64,000 bases of DNA from Camelus dromedarius. Its lineage: Eukaryota. Location: the NCBI RefSeq assembly GCF_036321535.1, contig NC_087437.1, forward strand, positions 73,782,001 through 73,846,000, given 5' to 3'. Made by a program: the position numbers and the translations under genes. The notes below the pieces were generated by a model. That model was not told the origin of the DNA. It was given only the letters and a program-made list of their open reading frames with translations, and did no database searches. Each line of letters begins with the position of its first letter. Positions within the stretch are counted from its first letter, which is position 1. Shown here piece after piece: positions 52,171 to 64,000 of this stretch.

Positions 52171-53231
52171 AACCCTTGTCTCTCTGTAGATGTGGAATAA
52201 AGTCTTGATTTTTTGATTCAGACAAGCAAGACATCAGCTAGGTTTCTCTCACTCCTTCCTAACCTCATCTCATGATCCCGTGTGGAATCTATTTCAGGTT
52301 TTACAAGAAATTCAGTCACGTTCAAAATAAACTTTCCTCAGGGTCAGATGGAATTAAAGGTGAGGAATCATATCGTACAATCTGTAGTGTTCTTCCATCT
52401 CGTAAATTTTTATCCCTTTCTCACTTAATTTCTCTCCTCCTTAATCTTTCATCCAGGGATTCCTTGTTCATCCCTGATGTCAGCTGGTCAGAATGATGTC
52501 TGTCTTTATCTTGTCCATGTTAGCCTAAAAGTCTCACTGCATATTTCTTCACTGTGATTTAATAATGAGATAGGATATAGACTAGATACAGGGATAGTAT
52601 TTTTTATTTAAAAATGAAAGAGAATTTAAGCCAAATTTTGGGGGGAAAATAGTTAATTTTATCTTTCATGAAATTATTTTTTTCTTCCCATTTCATAAGT
52701 TTTACAGACTCAAAAGATATATATATAACAAATTTCTACTAAACAACTATCTCAAGCCAAAATCATATTTATTTCTTCTGAAACTAGTCTTGGTATATTT
52801 AATTTCAATAGAAGTTGCAAACTAGTTTAATTAAGACTATTTACAATATGAAAATGTATTAACAATATGAATAATATTGCTATAAAGTCATAATCCAAAG
52901 CACTATGAGATACAGCATATCACAAATTTTATAATAAATTTTAAAAATGCATTTTCTCATCAGCGACATGGTAAGACTCAGATATAGGCTTAGAAATATC
53001 AAAATTACACAAGTAAGTTGATTATTGGATCTTATTTATGTGTCTACATATGATAAAAAGGTAATATTTGAAACTAAATGCACAAAAAATGATATGCTAT
53101 CTCTTTAAAACAAAGTGTTTTGTTTTATTTTGCTTTGTTTTGTGATTTTTCTGCACAAATTCCCACTTTATTATGGAAAATTATGTAAATACAAAGAGGT
53201 AACATTTTCAACAAAATGAGACAGTTGATCA

Positions 53232-53648
53232 TCATTCTAAATAAGCCAGAAAGAGAAAAATACCATATAATATCATTCATATGTGGAATCTAAAAATAAA
53301 GAAAAGAAAAGATAAAAGGAGACACAAACTGATCTACAAAACAGAAACAGATTCACAGACATAGTAAACAAACTTATAGTCACCAGGGGGAAAAAGAGTG
53401 GGAAGGGATAAATTGGAGTTCAAGATGTGCAATTACTAACTACTATATATAAAATAGATTAAAAAAACAAATTTCTTCTGTACAGCACAGGGAACTATAT
53501 TCAATATCTTGCAGTAACCTATAATGAAAAAGAATATGAAAACAATTATATGTATGTAAATATATGACCGAAACACTATGCTGTACACCAGAAATTGACA
53601 CATTGTAACTGACTATATTTCAATTTTAAAAATAAATAAATAATTTTT
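53232..53648 (+). mobile_element. Young L1 3' UTR fragment with TSD
   Basis: ataagccaga...atatgtggaatctaaaa...tgtacagcacagggaactatattcaatatctt...A-rich tail. TSD tgagacagttgatca (53217-53231) / tgagacaattgctca (53649-53663). Confidence 0.92.
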
Positions 53649-54011
53649 TGAGACAATTGCTCAAATCAAAAAAGAAAAAGTTTACACAAGCATGTTGAAA
53701 AGTGCAGCAAAATGTTCATTGCTTTCTTATAATGGAAAGATACTTCTGTTTTGTTATCAGAAATCCAGAACTTGTCTAGAGGATATCAGTCAATTTCTTT
53801 TCAGTATATGATCAGATGTAGCTCATTAAGTTCTTCCTTGTCTCTAAAATTCACACTCTTAGGCTGAAAAGACTATTCAAAGATAAGTTCCTTCACCCAG
53901 TTGTACATAAAGACTGTTCAGTAGGGTTTACCATAATTTCAAGAGTTTTCAATAGGACTTGAGACTTGCTGATCACTTTCCTCACTCCCAGGCCCAAGCA
54001 GAAAATGAAAC

Positions 54012-54752
54012 TATTTTTTTTAGAATTGAAATATAGTCGATTTACAATGTTGCATTAATTTATGGTATATTGCATAGTGATTCATGTATAAGTATATGTG
54101 TGTGTGAGTGTGTATATATACATATATGTATTCCTTTTTCATTATAGGCCATTAGAAGGTATTGAATATAGTTCCCTGTGCTATACAGTAGGACCTTGTT
54201 GTTTATTTATTTTATGTATAGTAGTTAGTATCTGCAAATCCTGAACTCCCAGTTTATCCCTCCCCATCCCCTTTCCCCTCAGGTAACCATAAGTTTGTTT
54301 TCTGTGTCTGTGTCTCTGTTTTGTAAATAAGTTCATTTGTGACCTTTCTTTTTTAGATTCCACATGTAAGTGATATCATGTGGTATTTTTTTTTCTCTTC
54401 CTGGCTTACTTTACTTAATATGATGATCTCCAGGTCAATCTCCAGGTCTTTCCATGTTGCTGCCAATGGCATTATTTTATTCTTTTTTATGGCTAAATAG
54501 TATTCCATTGCATACATATACTACAACTTCTTTATCCAGTCACCTGTCTGTGGACATTTAGGTTGTTTTCATGTCTTGGATGTTGTAAATAGTGCTGCTA
54601 TGGACATTGGGGTGCATGTATTTTTTTAATTAGAGTTTTCTCTGGGTATATACCCAGGAGTGGGATTGTTGGATCATAGGATAAGTCTATTTTCAGCTTT
54701 TTAAGGAATCTCCATACTGTTTTCCATAATGGCTGCACCAAATTACATTCCC
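54012..54752 (-). mobile_element. Young L1 3' end (ORF2 end and 3' UTR) with TSD
   Basis: T tail, then ttgaatatagttccctgtgctatacagtaggaccttgttg...ttagattccacat...ggaatctccatactgttttccataatggctgcacc. TSD aaatgaaac at 54003-54011 and 54753-54761. Confidence 0.93.
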
Positions 54753-56289
54753 AAATGAAACATTTTATGGTTTCTTTTGCATATGATTTTTACAAATATA
54801 CCATTTCCTTTGATATCCTAGGATCGTGTCACTTGAAGGCAAAAATTATCTCCAGGAGTCTTCTGAGATTTGTACAACTGGTTCATGTGATCAAAAGTGT
54901 CTTCCCAGTTCTGCAGACCAGTGTCCTGTAGCCATGTTTCATCTTCAAAGCATTTCAGCAAAATCTGGCTAATATCTTTGATAGCACTTCTGCAATTATC
55001 CTTGCAGTTAAAACATCCTATTGAGAAGACTTCACACAGTTTTCTAGAATATTCTTAAGTGAAATAGTTTTTGTTTAGTAAAACTAACCATTTTTAGACC
55101 ATCATCCAAAATTTTTATCATTCCAACTCCAAGCATATTCAACACTAGCACCTTTCTGATATGAGTATTCTATGATCACATTTGGTATTTTCTTTTTTCC
55201 TAAGAGAGTCAAAAATCTCTAACAGACTACCATCAGTACAGATACCAAGTCAGTTTCTCCAAGACACGTATTGTATTTCCAAAACTGAAGAGAAAAATAT
55301 TTTGACATTTGCTTTTGTGGGCAGCTTTTTGCAACAGAAAAAAAAATGAATTTCACGATCATTTTCGAATCTCACGAGTGCTAAAACATGACATTTACTG
55401 ATGAAACCTGCTGACAACTCAACCTATTTAGAGAAGCCATTGGTTTTTAGTTTATTACACAAAACTTTTTCAACATCATGTGACATGTCATCAATAAGTT
55501 GGCTTATATAATTTGTGACTTGAGCCTTCAATTTCCTCAGTATATGTTTTATAAGAATCATCTGTCAGGACAGATCTAAAATTCTCCTCTTCATCTATAT
55601 AATTTATCATCAAAAATAACCACATTGGATCTTCAGAAATGTTAGTAAATTAGAAAATATTAATGAACTATAAAATAGAAAGAAATGAAAATAACTAAAT
55701 GAGAAAATTGCAAAAAAATTAAAAATGGTCCCATTGCAATTAATTTCTCATCTACACAATGCATGTATTGCAATGTGTTCAACAACAAAAAGAGGCAAAT
55801 TAAGCTAAGTGTATCGTAATTTTTTCTTTATAATGAAAATTTTCATCCTAATTCCATTATACTAATAGAGCTTGTTCATGCCCATAAATCTGGTGGTTAT
55901 GTATATATATAACAGGAAATTGAGAAAAATAATTTGTAAAGGAGAGGTTATTATCATCAAACAAGCATCGTCTCCTTCTTGCAGTACAGCAAACATTAAT
56001 TGCCAACAGTCATGCCCAAAATAGAGAATGGAATCAATCAAATATACACAGCTCTACTGTTTGCTTCCATATGGGGTCAATAATGAAATTCATAACAAGT
56101 GCATGGTCACTGTCTATCACTGTGAGTCCAAGTATTGCAGTTTCAAAGCTCAAAAGTTATGCTTATTCCAAAAAAAAAAATACTGTCTATTATAAAACCC
56201 TTTAGCAACATCTCATGGTATACTCTAGAGTTTTACAGAATCTAGTTGTGAACCTACTCTAGGACACTAGGGTTCTGCAAAGCTTTTAC

Positions 56290-56668
56290 TTTTCCAGTTA
56301 TCTATTGCTCTGTAATAGACCATATCAAAACTTAGTAGCCTCAAACAATTTATCATTATTTCTCATTTCTTGGATGGCTGGGTCAGCGTGGAAGTTCTTA
56401 TTCAAGATCTCTTATGTGACTGCAGTCACACGGTAGCTGCGTTGGAGTCATCAGAAGTCTTCACTCACGTGTTTGGCAGGTGGCCTGGGGTGGCTGGGAC
56501 ACCTGGGAGCTGTCTGGGTGTCTTCCTCTCTCCATGTGACCCCATGGCAATCTTAGGCTTCCTCACTAAGCAGTCCCTAAGGCGAGCTAACATCCAACTG
56601 GGAGGGAATTTGGCTCCACATCTCAGTGGGAGGAATAACAAAGATTTTGTGAGCATCTTTAATCTACT
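56290..56668 (-). mobile_element. MaLR solo LTR (MLT1G/H-like)
   Basis: cagttatctattgct...aaaacttagtagcctcaaacaa...ttcactcacgtgtttggcag...ctccacatctcagtgggagg...catctttaatctac. Confidence 0.78.
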
Positions 56669-58157
56669 GTTTTCTAATGGTTTAATGAAGGCCACAGATT
56701 TGTAGAATTCTTTTATCTTTTGAAAATGATAAAGAAACTGAGACTTGGAGCAGTTAGGAGACTTGCTACTAAAGTCCTTCAGTACATTAGTGACAAAGAA
56801 GTGAAAAGAATTATATATAAATCCCTTAATACTTTAAACAGCAGACCCTCCAGTTGCAGAGTATTTTTAAAGTGAATAATGTATCCTGAACCTTAAAATC
56901 TACCAGAATGACATTTTAAAGATTCTTGTTTATGTGCATTAGTAGCTTTTGTGCAAATGAAATATTTTCTCAATTTAATGTTTTCTTTTTTACCATCCCC
57001 AAATTTCCTAACATTTTAGTGTCTGATGTGCTAGAGACATGTTACAAAAAGCTACTGCTGCACATATACTTTTCTTAGTGGTGATTTTATCCTAGTGAGG
57101 CCACAGAATAGAATTGCTGTTTGCCCTTATCCTCTGAAAATTAAACTGTAATGTCAAGTGGATATCACAAAGGTTTGGCTATTTAGCATATTTTACTCAC
57201 AAAAATCCTCTGAAATCTCAATAAGCAGAAGTTGAAATGTTAGCACTTTTGGCTCCATACATTTATTTTAAACTGGTTTGGGGGGAAAAGGAGAAGAAAA
57301 ATGTGTTTTCTAGAAGTTTATTTATGTGACTTCCCTGGGGAACAAAGCTCTCTTCTTTGGGCCTCCCCCCAGTGTTTTACTCTATTTTCTTCTTGCCCAA
57401 ATCTGTTTTATAAATTGATTTTGGGGGCCATATTCTGCTGCTTTTTGGGGGTAGTTCTCCTGGATGTTTCTGATTTTGTTCATAGGCAGAAGCTTGGTGC
57501 CCTTTTGGTCATTTGCCAGGGGATACTTTCTTAGAATTTCCTATTTACCCACTGGTGACGATGGTGCTAGGACAGACAGCCTCTTTTTCGTATTTCTGTA
57601 GTTGCCCCTGCAGTTGATAAAGGCATCCTGTTTCATCTTCTCTGACTTTGGCGTGGTTTTAGCACGTGTGTGCATATGCGCATCAAATTCCTTCATCTGC
57701 CAAGTGAAAATGCACAGCACCATTCCCAGATACTGCGACTTGACAGAAACAAACTCCCAAGCTCTGCAGCAAAATCAGAACTTCTTTGCTTAAAGGAACT
57801 TTATAAAAATAATTATAACATAGTTTGTATAATATCACTTTCTTATTTATAAAACAAGTTCGAATAGGCCATATGTTGGAACATCACCCATGTAACTGAC
57901 CTGGCTCACAGAGGAATTTTCTGATTATAATTTTATGATATGTCACATTAATTTTCCTATAGAAGAAAATTATCTGACTAAATGATAAGTCTTTCTCTAG
58001 TTTTATTTCAGTTTAAGTTAATATATTAACATTATGGTCAGGTTTATTGTGAATTAGTTGCTCTGATCCTGATCACCTTATGTTTACTGGCAGAATCTAG
58101 TGTCCAGGTCTGTAAAGCTGTGGAATAGACTCTAGAAAACTCTTTCTTCCACTGTTC

Positions 58158-58330
58158 TAGTGGTCGTCATTATTAGAATCACCTGGGATTGCTATGAAAA
58201 AGGCAAAATACTTAGCTCCTTCCCTGATCCATTGACTAGACTTCTCTTCTGGAATAGGCTAGGAATTTTACTTTTTAAACAAATTCCCCTGGTGATTCTT
58301 ATACACAGAAAAGGGCAAGAATTACCACAC
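58158..58330. mobile_element. MER5A-like hAT element
   Basis: attagaatcacctggg...aggaattttactttttaaacaaattcccctggtgattctt. Confidence 0.72.
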
Positions 58331-59489
58331 TCTATTATGTTGACTCTGCAATGGAAAAAACATAAGCAAGCTTTTTTATGCTCCAGGCATTAGAGTAGAT
58401 GAAAGGGACTTATGATTGAATGAGGCAGAAGTCTATCTTCAAGGAATACATTAAAATGACAGACCAACGGTCAACTCTCTATATGTTTCAATGGCTTCTT
58501 GAATAAAGTTCTATCAAGGGATAAAGAAAAGAGAAAGTAATTTTTGGCAGGAAAGGACCTTCTAGGCGTAATAAGATGGAAAGCTCTGAGTCCATATCTT
58601 GAGAAATAGCCAGATTTGAAACATCACAGATAATGTGATCATATTGCCTCTAATATAAAAAGAAAAATCTCAAGAAATATGGAAGGCAAACTATATAGAC
58701 ATAGCAGCTTTAAGGAATTTGAGTAACTTTCCTGGGAAGAAAATGAGAGACAGAGTGAAAGAAAAAGGATCTGAACCAGAGTTTTTAAATCAGAGGAATA
58801 AGAAGCGGGTCCAGACTATTTTCCGATTGCCTACATTCAACATTCTCGCCTGTGCCGACTTGGGAATGGTTATTATGTAAAACGGAGTGAGGTTGGGGGT
58901 GAGATGTTGTAGCTTAGTGACATTTCCTTCGGGTTCTCACACACACCAGATCTTCCATTTGAGATCTACTGATCTGGGAAACGGTGTCTGCCTAGTACTT
59001 AGGCTATCAGTGTTGTCAACTATCAGGTGCAGTTTTCAGATATGTGTGGTATACGAAGAACCGCATAAACGTGAGGTAGAAAATCCTCACCGTGATTAGC
59101 AAAATCAAGGTATACTTTGTACTTTTTTGTTCTTAATATGAAAATCTAGAAACTAATCTTTCTGGCCCCGTGTTCTCCATCAACAATACTTCGAAAGATT
59201 TAGTTAACTAGATGACACCCATGACCTGCATCCACCATTAATGTAGTGGTATTCGACTGAACTGTGGAGCAGTGCCTAGAAATAAATTACTTGTCTCTGA
59301 AAGTTGTATTTTAGTTACATAAGTCCATAAGGTGAAAATAAGTCCTACAGCAACAAAATATAAACGAAAGAAAAGAAGAAAAAAGATACTAAAAATGTTA
59401 CAAGTCATTAATGGAATAAAAGCACAATATCCTTTATCAAAATGTGAGCAATGAAATTTGTGTACAAAGTCATAAAAACCACAATGATA

Positions 59490-59660
59490 ACTAATATTAC
59501 ATAGTACCTATATATAATATTATATATCAGAAATTGCTCTAAATGCTCCACATGTATTAATTTATTTAATTTTCATAATAACTTTTATTATTACCATTCT
59601 ATCTCCATTTTATAGATGAGGAAATTGAGTCATAGAGGCTAAGTAATTTGTGCAAGATTA
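59490..59660 (-). mobile_element. MIR SINE
   Basis: tctaaatgctccacatgtattaatttatttaat...tctccattttatagatgaggaaattgagtcatagaggctaagtaatttgtgcaag. Confidence 0.82.
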
Positions 59661-59844
59661 CTTGATACCAAACATATTATTCCTGCCCCATCTGTATAAC
59701 AGCATCTCCAGCTCCTCCTTAAGATTAAGGTCAATTAAATCTGTGAAAAGGTTGCTTCCTCATTCTTGCCTGTTGGTCTCTTAGCACATGGAATCTGACA
59801 TAACTGCGAGGCAGCTGTAGCTTGAGGCTTAATAGAACTGTGAG

Positions 59845-59937
59845 GACATCCCACAGAACACCACACTTATCCTCTACATCAGTGACATCATGTTAATTGA
59901 AGTGAATGAGCTAGAAATGGCAAGTATGTTGAAGACA
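59845..59937 (+). mobile_element. ERVL pol (reverse transcriptase) scrap around the YxDD motif
   Basis: Translates as DIPQNTTLILYISDIMLIEVNELEMASMLK; compare ERV-L RT LPQDITLVHYIDDIMLIGPSEQEVATTL. Confidence 0.72.
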
Positions 59938-60349
59938 CAGAAAGTTCTCTAGCTGGAAGAGATGAGAGTCTCTTTAAAAGCTTCCACTGAGGCCACCTAT
60001 TTTTCATATTTAGTTCTTAATTGGTAATTAATCACCCTTAGCCTTTCATTGTCTTTTTCAAATCATCAGTCGCTCCCAACAGCAGTCATCACATTCTATA
60101 GTCCTTGTAATCATGATTTTTTCCTTATTTCTTAATGACCTTACACACTGCATCTACTAGTACACTTCCCTCTTCTAGTACAGCATCCCAATTCACAACC
60201 TGTAAAAGTTTTATCAACTTATACTACGATCACATGCGTAAGGCTATGTCTATGCATTGACCACCGATGATAGGGTTCTCCTCACTAGCCAGAGATCCAG
60301 CTTCAAAATTCCATGTTAGAGTTGCGTTTTCAGACTACTCCAGCACCAG

Positions 60350-60750
60350 CTATTTCAGATTGAATTCCCCAGAAGGGAGCCTCTGAGATACATTTGTATT
60401 GAGGACATTTACTGGGAAGTTCTCCAGGAATCAACACCTAGGAAGGAAGGGAGTGAAGAAAGTAGGATGGATCACAGAGGGAGAGATTTAACCTCATTGA
60501 AGTTAATCAGCTAATCCTACTGGGACCCCTTTTAAGATGGCTCTTTAAAGTTGTCTGAGATTGATGCAGCAATCTTTATATTCCTATGTTAACCAGACAT
60601 TAGATGCACACTGCTTCTGGAAATGGAGCATGAATTTGGGTAAGCCCTGAAGATATACTCTTCTGAGAACTCTTAGCCACCAGTACTCTGAGCAGCTGGG
60701 GGAATAAATGTTTCAATCTGCACAGGAGCTCTGTGCATCCTGTGCATCAT
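60350..60750 (-). mobile_element. ERVL LTR (LTR16-like)
   Basis: ttccccagaag...ctctgagat...tttactgggaag...aacacct...gaaagtaggat...cagagggaga...cagctaatcctactggg...gcagctggggg. Confidence 0.65.
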
Positions 60751-61689
60751 GGGCTCCTCTGCAATCATTCTGGTGGCAATTGAATGATTCTTAGGTAAAT
60801 TTTCACAGTAAATAGAGATAGTCATCTTGGTTATGGGGTGGAGATAATATCAAAGAAAACAGAAATGGCCCCTTATTAAGCCAACATTTAACATTTTTTT
60901 AATGCTAACTCAGTAAGAGTATATGTGGAGGATGCCTATAGAGCAGGAGAGAGAATCATCAGAAAGCAAGCTCATGAAGTAAAGGCATTGTGGGGAGGAG
61001 GACTAGTCCGAGAAACTAGGGGCATACTATGACTCATGGATTCCAAACTGGGTGACCCTAATAAATGAATTAAGTTCTATAAATCTCAGTTTGAGAAACT
61101 ACAAAATGGGGGTAATAACTCCTTTATCGTATGGTTATTTCAACACACCTAGTTACGACTGTCGAAATTAAGGTATGAGTTCAACAAATGTCCTTTTCTT
61201 AGAAAAAGGTGCTAATTTCTTCTCACCATTAATCCTTGTCGATTTGGGAAGAAGTATCTCTGTTAATGCTTATATCATTAAAAAATAATCAGTTTAAGAA
61301 AAGGTAATGGGGTATGAAAGTGACAGGGCTCTTCCCTGTGCTTTACATAATATTTCAAAAGTCTGTTAATAATTCTAGGAGTGACAGGAAGTTCAAATAC
61401 GCTATTGCCATCCTATTAATAACAATTTGAGAGTTAAGTTCACCCTTTCCAGATGGATTGCTGCTGTAAGACCTTCCTAGATGGAAATTCTGGAGTTTCC
61501 ACTGAGCATATCCAGTGTCCTCTTCCTCCCTCCCTACCCCCTTCTCTCCCTTCGTTCCCCTTTCCTTTTCCATTTATTATTCAGTTGGTTCTCTTTTCTC
61601 CCCCTTTATCTACATCACTATGACAGCCTTTAATATGAAACTTTCTTCCTTTAAAATTGTACATGTTTTTTAAGAATAAAGATAATACA

Positions 61690-62230
61690 CTTTTTTAAGA
61701 ATAAAAATGAAAATCACAATACACCCATCACCAAGAAATGACCACTTTTACACACCTGGAGTTTTTCCCCTCGTGTTAGTTCCCTTGCTTTCTGTCTCAA
61801 AGTTGATCTAATCATACATTTAAGTCTATTTATGTAGAAAAATGGGATCATTCTTTGAAAAGAAAATTATATCAACATTTCTTTACTTCAGATCATTTTT
61901 CAGTATCATTACTCATTGAAAATGTGATTTGTAAAATGATATAGTATTCTTTCTTAAGTGTTCAGTGTAAATTAATTAAACTAGTATTGGACATAGGCAG
62001 TTTCTAACTTTTTTCCAGTTATAAATAATAAAACCTTGAACAGCCTCAAATATAAATAAATAATTCATAAATCTTTGACAATCGTGAGTACTGTGTCAAA
62101 GGGAAGAAATATCTGTAGTATTCTTGATTCATTTTCAAATAGACTTGCAAAAGTTTATCCTAACTTACATCCTAGAAAGATTAACAAGTACTTTCTGATA
62201 ATGATTATATTTCTAATTTATTTAAAAGTA
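61690..62230 (-). mobile_element. Old L1 (L1ME-like) 3' fragment
   Basis: cccatcaccaagaaatgaccac...aaaatgggatcat...tattggacataggcagtttc...ttataaataat. Confidence 0.5.
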
Positions 62231-63125
62231 GGTTATATATTTATTCATTTTCCCCTAGTTATCTGTTATTGCTGTGGATCAAGTTCATGACTTAAGTTGC
62301 TCCTTTCAGTAGTTATTCTACTTCTGTTTTTTTTTTTTAATTTTTATTTTGCATCCAGCATGACTATTTAATTTTAGTACAGAAAGTAACCTATTTCTAA
62401 GCTTGTTTTCTCATTCCTATTATTAAAATTAAACAGTTACTACTTTTCCTATTTGTGAAATCACATAAAACACTGAATTTTGTGAATATAAGTAACACTG
62501 ACCTAAACTTGATGAGAGATGAATAAAATGCAGTTTTAGACCAGCCAAGACAGTCATTCGAGAAATAGTGATAGGCTGAACTATTGAAATTGGGTTTTGT
62601 GCACACCTTCACCACAGATAATTCACTAGCTCAAGGATAGCCTGAACATTTTTATGCTTTCTGCAGATGGTGCCCAGTACAGTTATTTTTCTGATATAAT
62701 GCATATGGTGATGTGGTATAAAGTTTGGCAGACAATATAAAATAATACATAGATTTGTCAGATACTACCAGAAATAAAGAGAAATATTTTCTCCTCTTTC
62801 CTTTTTGAATAAATAGCAGGATTTAGTTTGTCATACTTGTGAAAATTTCTTGATGAATCTTTCCTAGGTGCCAATGTTTCAGTTTTGCCCAACCTGCCAG
62901 TTTGAAACCTCAAAGGGCATTTGGCTATATCACTGGAGACAGATAAGGAAAAGGGGACAGATGGATCACTAGGGTTACGTGTAGTGCTCAATTTGGGAAA
63001 CCACCTGAAAGCTGAAAGGGGGGGGGGAGAAAAGGTGAAAGTTCATGCCATAATGAGAGAAGAGAGACTTTTATTTTAAAAAAGGAGAGAGACATTTAAA
63101 AATTAAATGAAATAAAAAATAAGAT

Positions 63126-63225
63126 GGGGAGGGCATAGCTCAGTGGTAGAGCACATGCTTAGCATGCATGAGGTCCTGGATTCAATCCCCAGTACCTCCA
63201 TTAAAAAATAAAAATATAATAATAA
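63126..63225 (+). mobile_element. tRNA-Ala(AGC)-derived SINE (Vic-1-like, camelid)
   Basis: ggggagggcatagctcagtggtagagcacatgcttagcatgcatgaggtcctggattcaatccccagtacctcca followed by an A-rich tail. A box at 63136-63146, AGC anticodon at 63161-63163, degenerate B box. CpGs have decayed and there is no T-run terminator. Confidence 0.85.
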
Positions 63226-63738
63226 AGAAACAGAAAGAAAGCACGCAAGAAAGGAAAAGAATAGCTTCTAATCTGTGGTGGAAAACACATGAATGAAGAG
63301 CAACCGACATTGCTTCCACGGCAAAGAACATTAACATGGCTAAAACAACCACTGCTCAGAAGAGCAGACTGCAGCTTGCAAGCAGATGCAGTTTTGTTTG
63401 GGCTGTAAGAATTTTGTATCTTTTTCCTTTCTGTTGCTTTTTCTCCCCTTTAGTCCTCTGTCCATTTGCTGAGCCTATTGTGGATTTATATCCTATAGAA
63501 ATTTTCAGTGTATGGAAATGGCAATCAAATCCTAAAGGCATTCACAGTTTTGAGCCCTCTCTTGCTAATAAATAGATCTTGGATTTATCTTATTATGGGG
63601 TAGGAATGTGGAGGAATCTGAGCAAAGTTTAGATCCTCCTTTTCAATAATGCTCCCAACTGCTTTTGAAAAATCTAGATTTATTTCATATTGTATAAATC
63701 ACTAGCCTCTCCATAGCCTCCTCATTTAAAATGCATTA

Positions 63739-64000
63739 CCATGCTCTTGGATTGGAAGAGTTAATATTGTTAAAATAGCCATACTGCCTAAAGCAATCTA
63801 CAGATTTAATGCTCTCCCTATCAAATTACCCAGGACATTTTCCACAGAACTAGAACAGATAATCCTAAAATTTATATGGAACCATAAAAGATCCAGAACT
63901 GCCAAAGCAATTCTGAGGGAAAAGAACAAAGCTGGAGGCATAAACTTCCCAAACTTCAGACAATACTACAGAGCTACAGTAATCAAAATAGCATGGTGTT
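63739..64000 (+). mobile_element. 5'-truncated young L1, ORF2 segment continuing past the window end
   Basis: Open frame [86 protein letters not shown], matching L1 ORF2p downstream of the RT domain. Confidence 0.95.

Larger units (their letters stand above)
53130..55520 (-). mobile_element. Decayed hAT-Charlie/Buster-family transposase gene, split by two L1 insertions
   Basis: Manual minus-strand translation gives, in order: ISQLIDDMSHDVEKVLCNKLKTNGFSK*VELSAGFISKCHVLALVRF (~55505-55365), SWRN*LGICTDG (~55270-55230), FEDETWL (~54949-54929), DTFDHMNQLYK, LDKFWIS (~53781-53761), KKAMNILLHFSTCLCK (~53730-53680). These match the Buster/Charlie motifs RRIDDM, DESTD, CTDG, D..WL..L.DIF..LN.L, EFW and LLPF.TTYLCE. 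Confidence 0.85.

Noticed and set aside
51961..52200. Phe/Leu/Ser-rich ORFs resembling membrane peptides
   Set aside because: Artefact of translating the polypyrimidine tract.
63126..63200. Functional tRNA-Ala gene
   Set aside because: Extra 5' bases, a degenerate T-loop/B box (ggattcaat), CpG decay, and an A-rich tail instead of a Pol III T-run terminator indicate a SINE.
1..64000. ORF-track ORFs as host protein-coding genes
   Set aside because: All are 154 aa or shorter, many start at non-ATG codons, none resembles a host protein I recognise, and the recognisable ones are L1/L2/LTR remnants or low-complexity translations.

Overview
This is 64 kb of AT-rich, CpG-depleted placental-mammal genomic DNA. 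The only lineage-specific SINE I recognise is a tRNA-Ala-derived, Vic-1-like element, and I saw no Alu, B1, Bov-tA, PRE1 or Can-SINE, so the source is probably a camelid (inference). I found no recognisable protein-coding exon, functional RNA gene or CpG-island promoter, so the window looks intergenic or deep intronic. The ORFs in the track are either chance ORFs or transposon remnants. Identifiable content is mostly transposon fossils: young and old L1, L2, CR1/L3, MIR, MaLR/ERVL LTRs, an ERVL RT scrap, and hAT and Tigger DNA transposons. The most notable structures are four. (1) A decayed hAT-Charlie/Buster transposase gene split by two young L1 insertions that face each other. (2) Two L1s inserted in tandem into the same target site. 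(3) An ~82-bp segment duplicated 1 kb away, with a perfect palindrome at its junction. (4) A few weak candidate exons and regulatory sites in unique sequence. I found no convincing evidence of a new biological system. Repeat family names come from recalled consensus sequences and should be confirmed with RepeatMasker/Dfam; boundaries are approximate.
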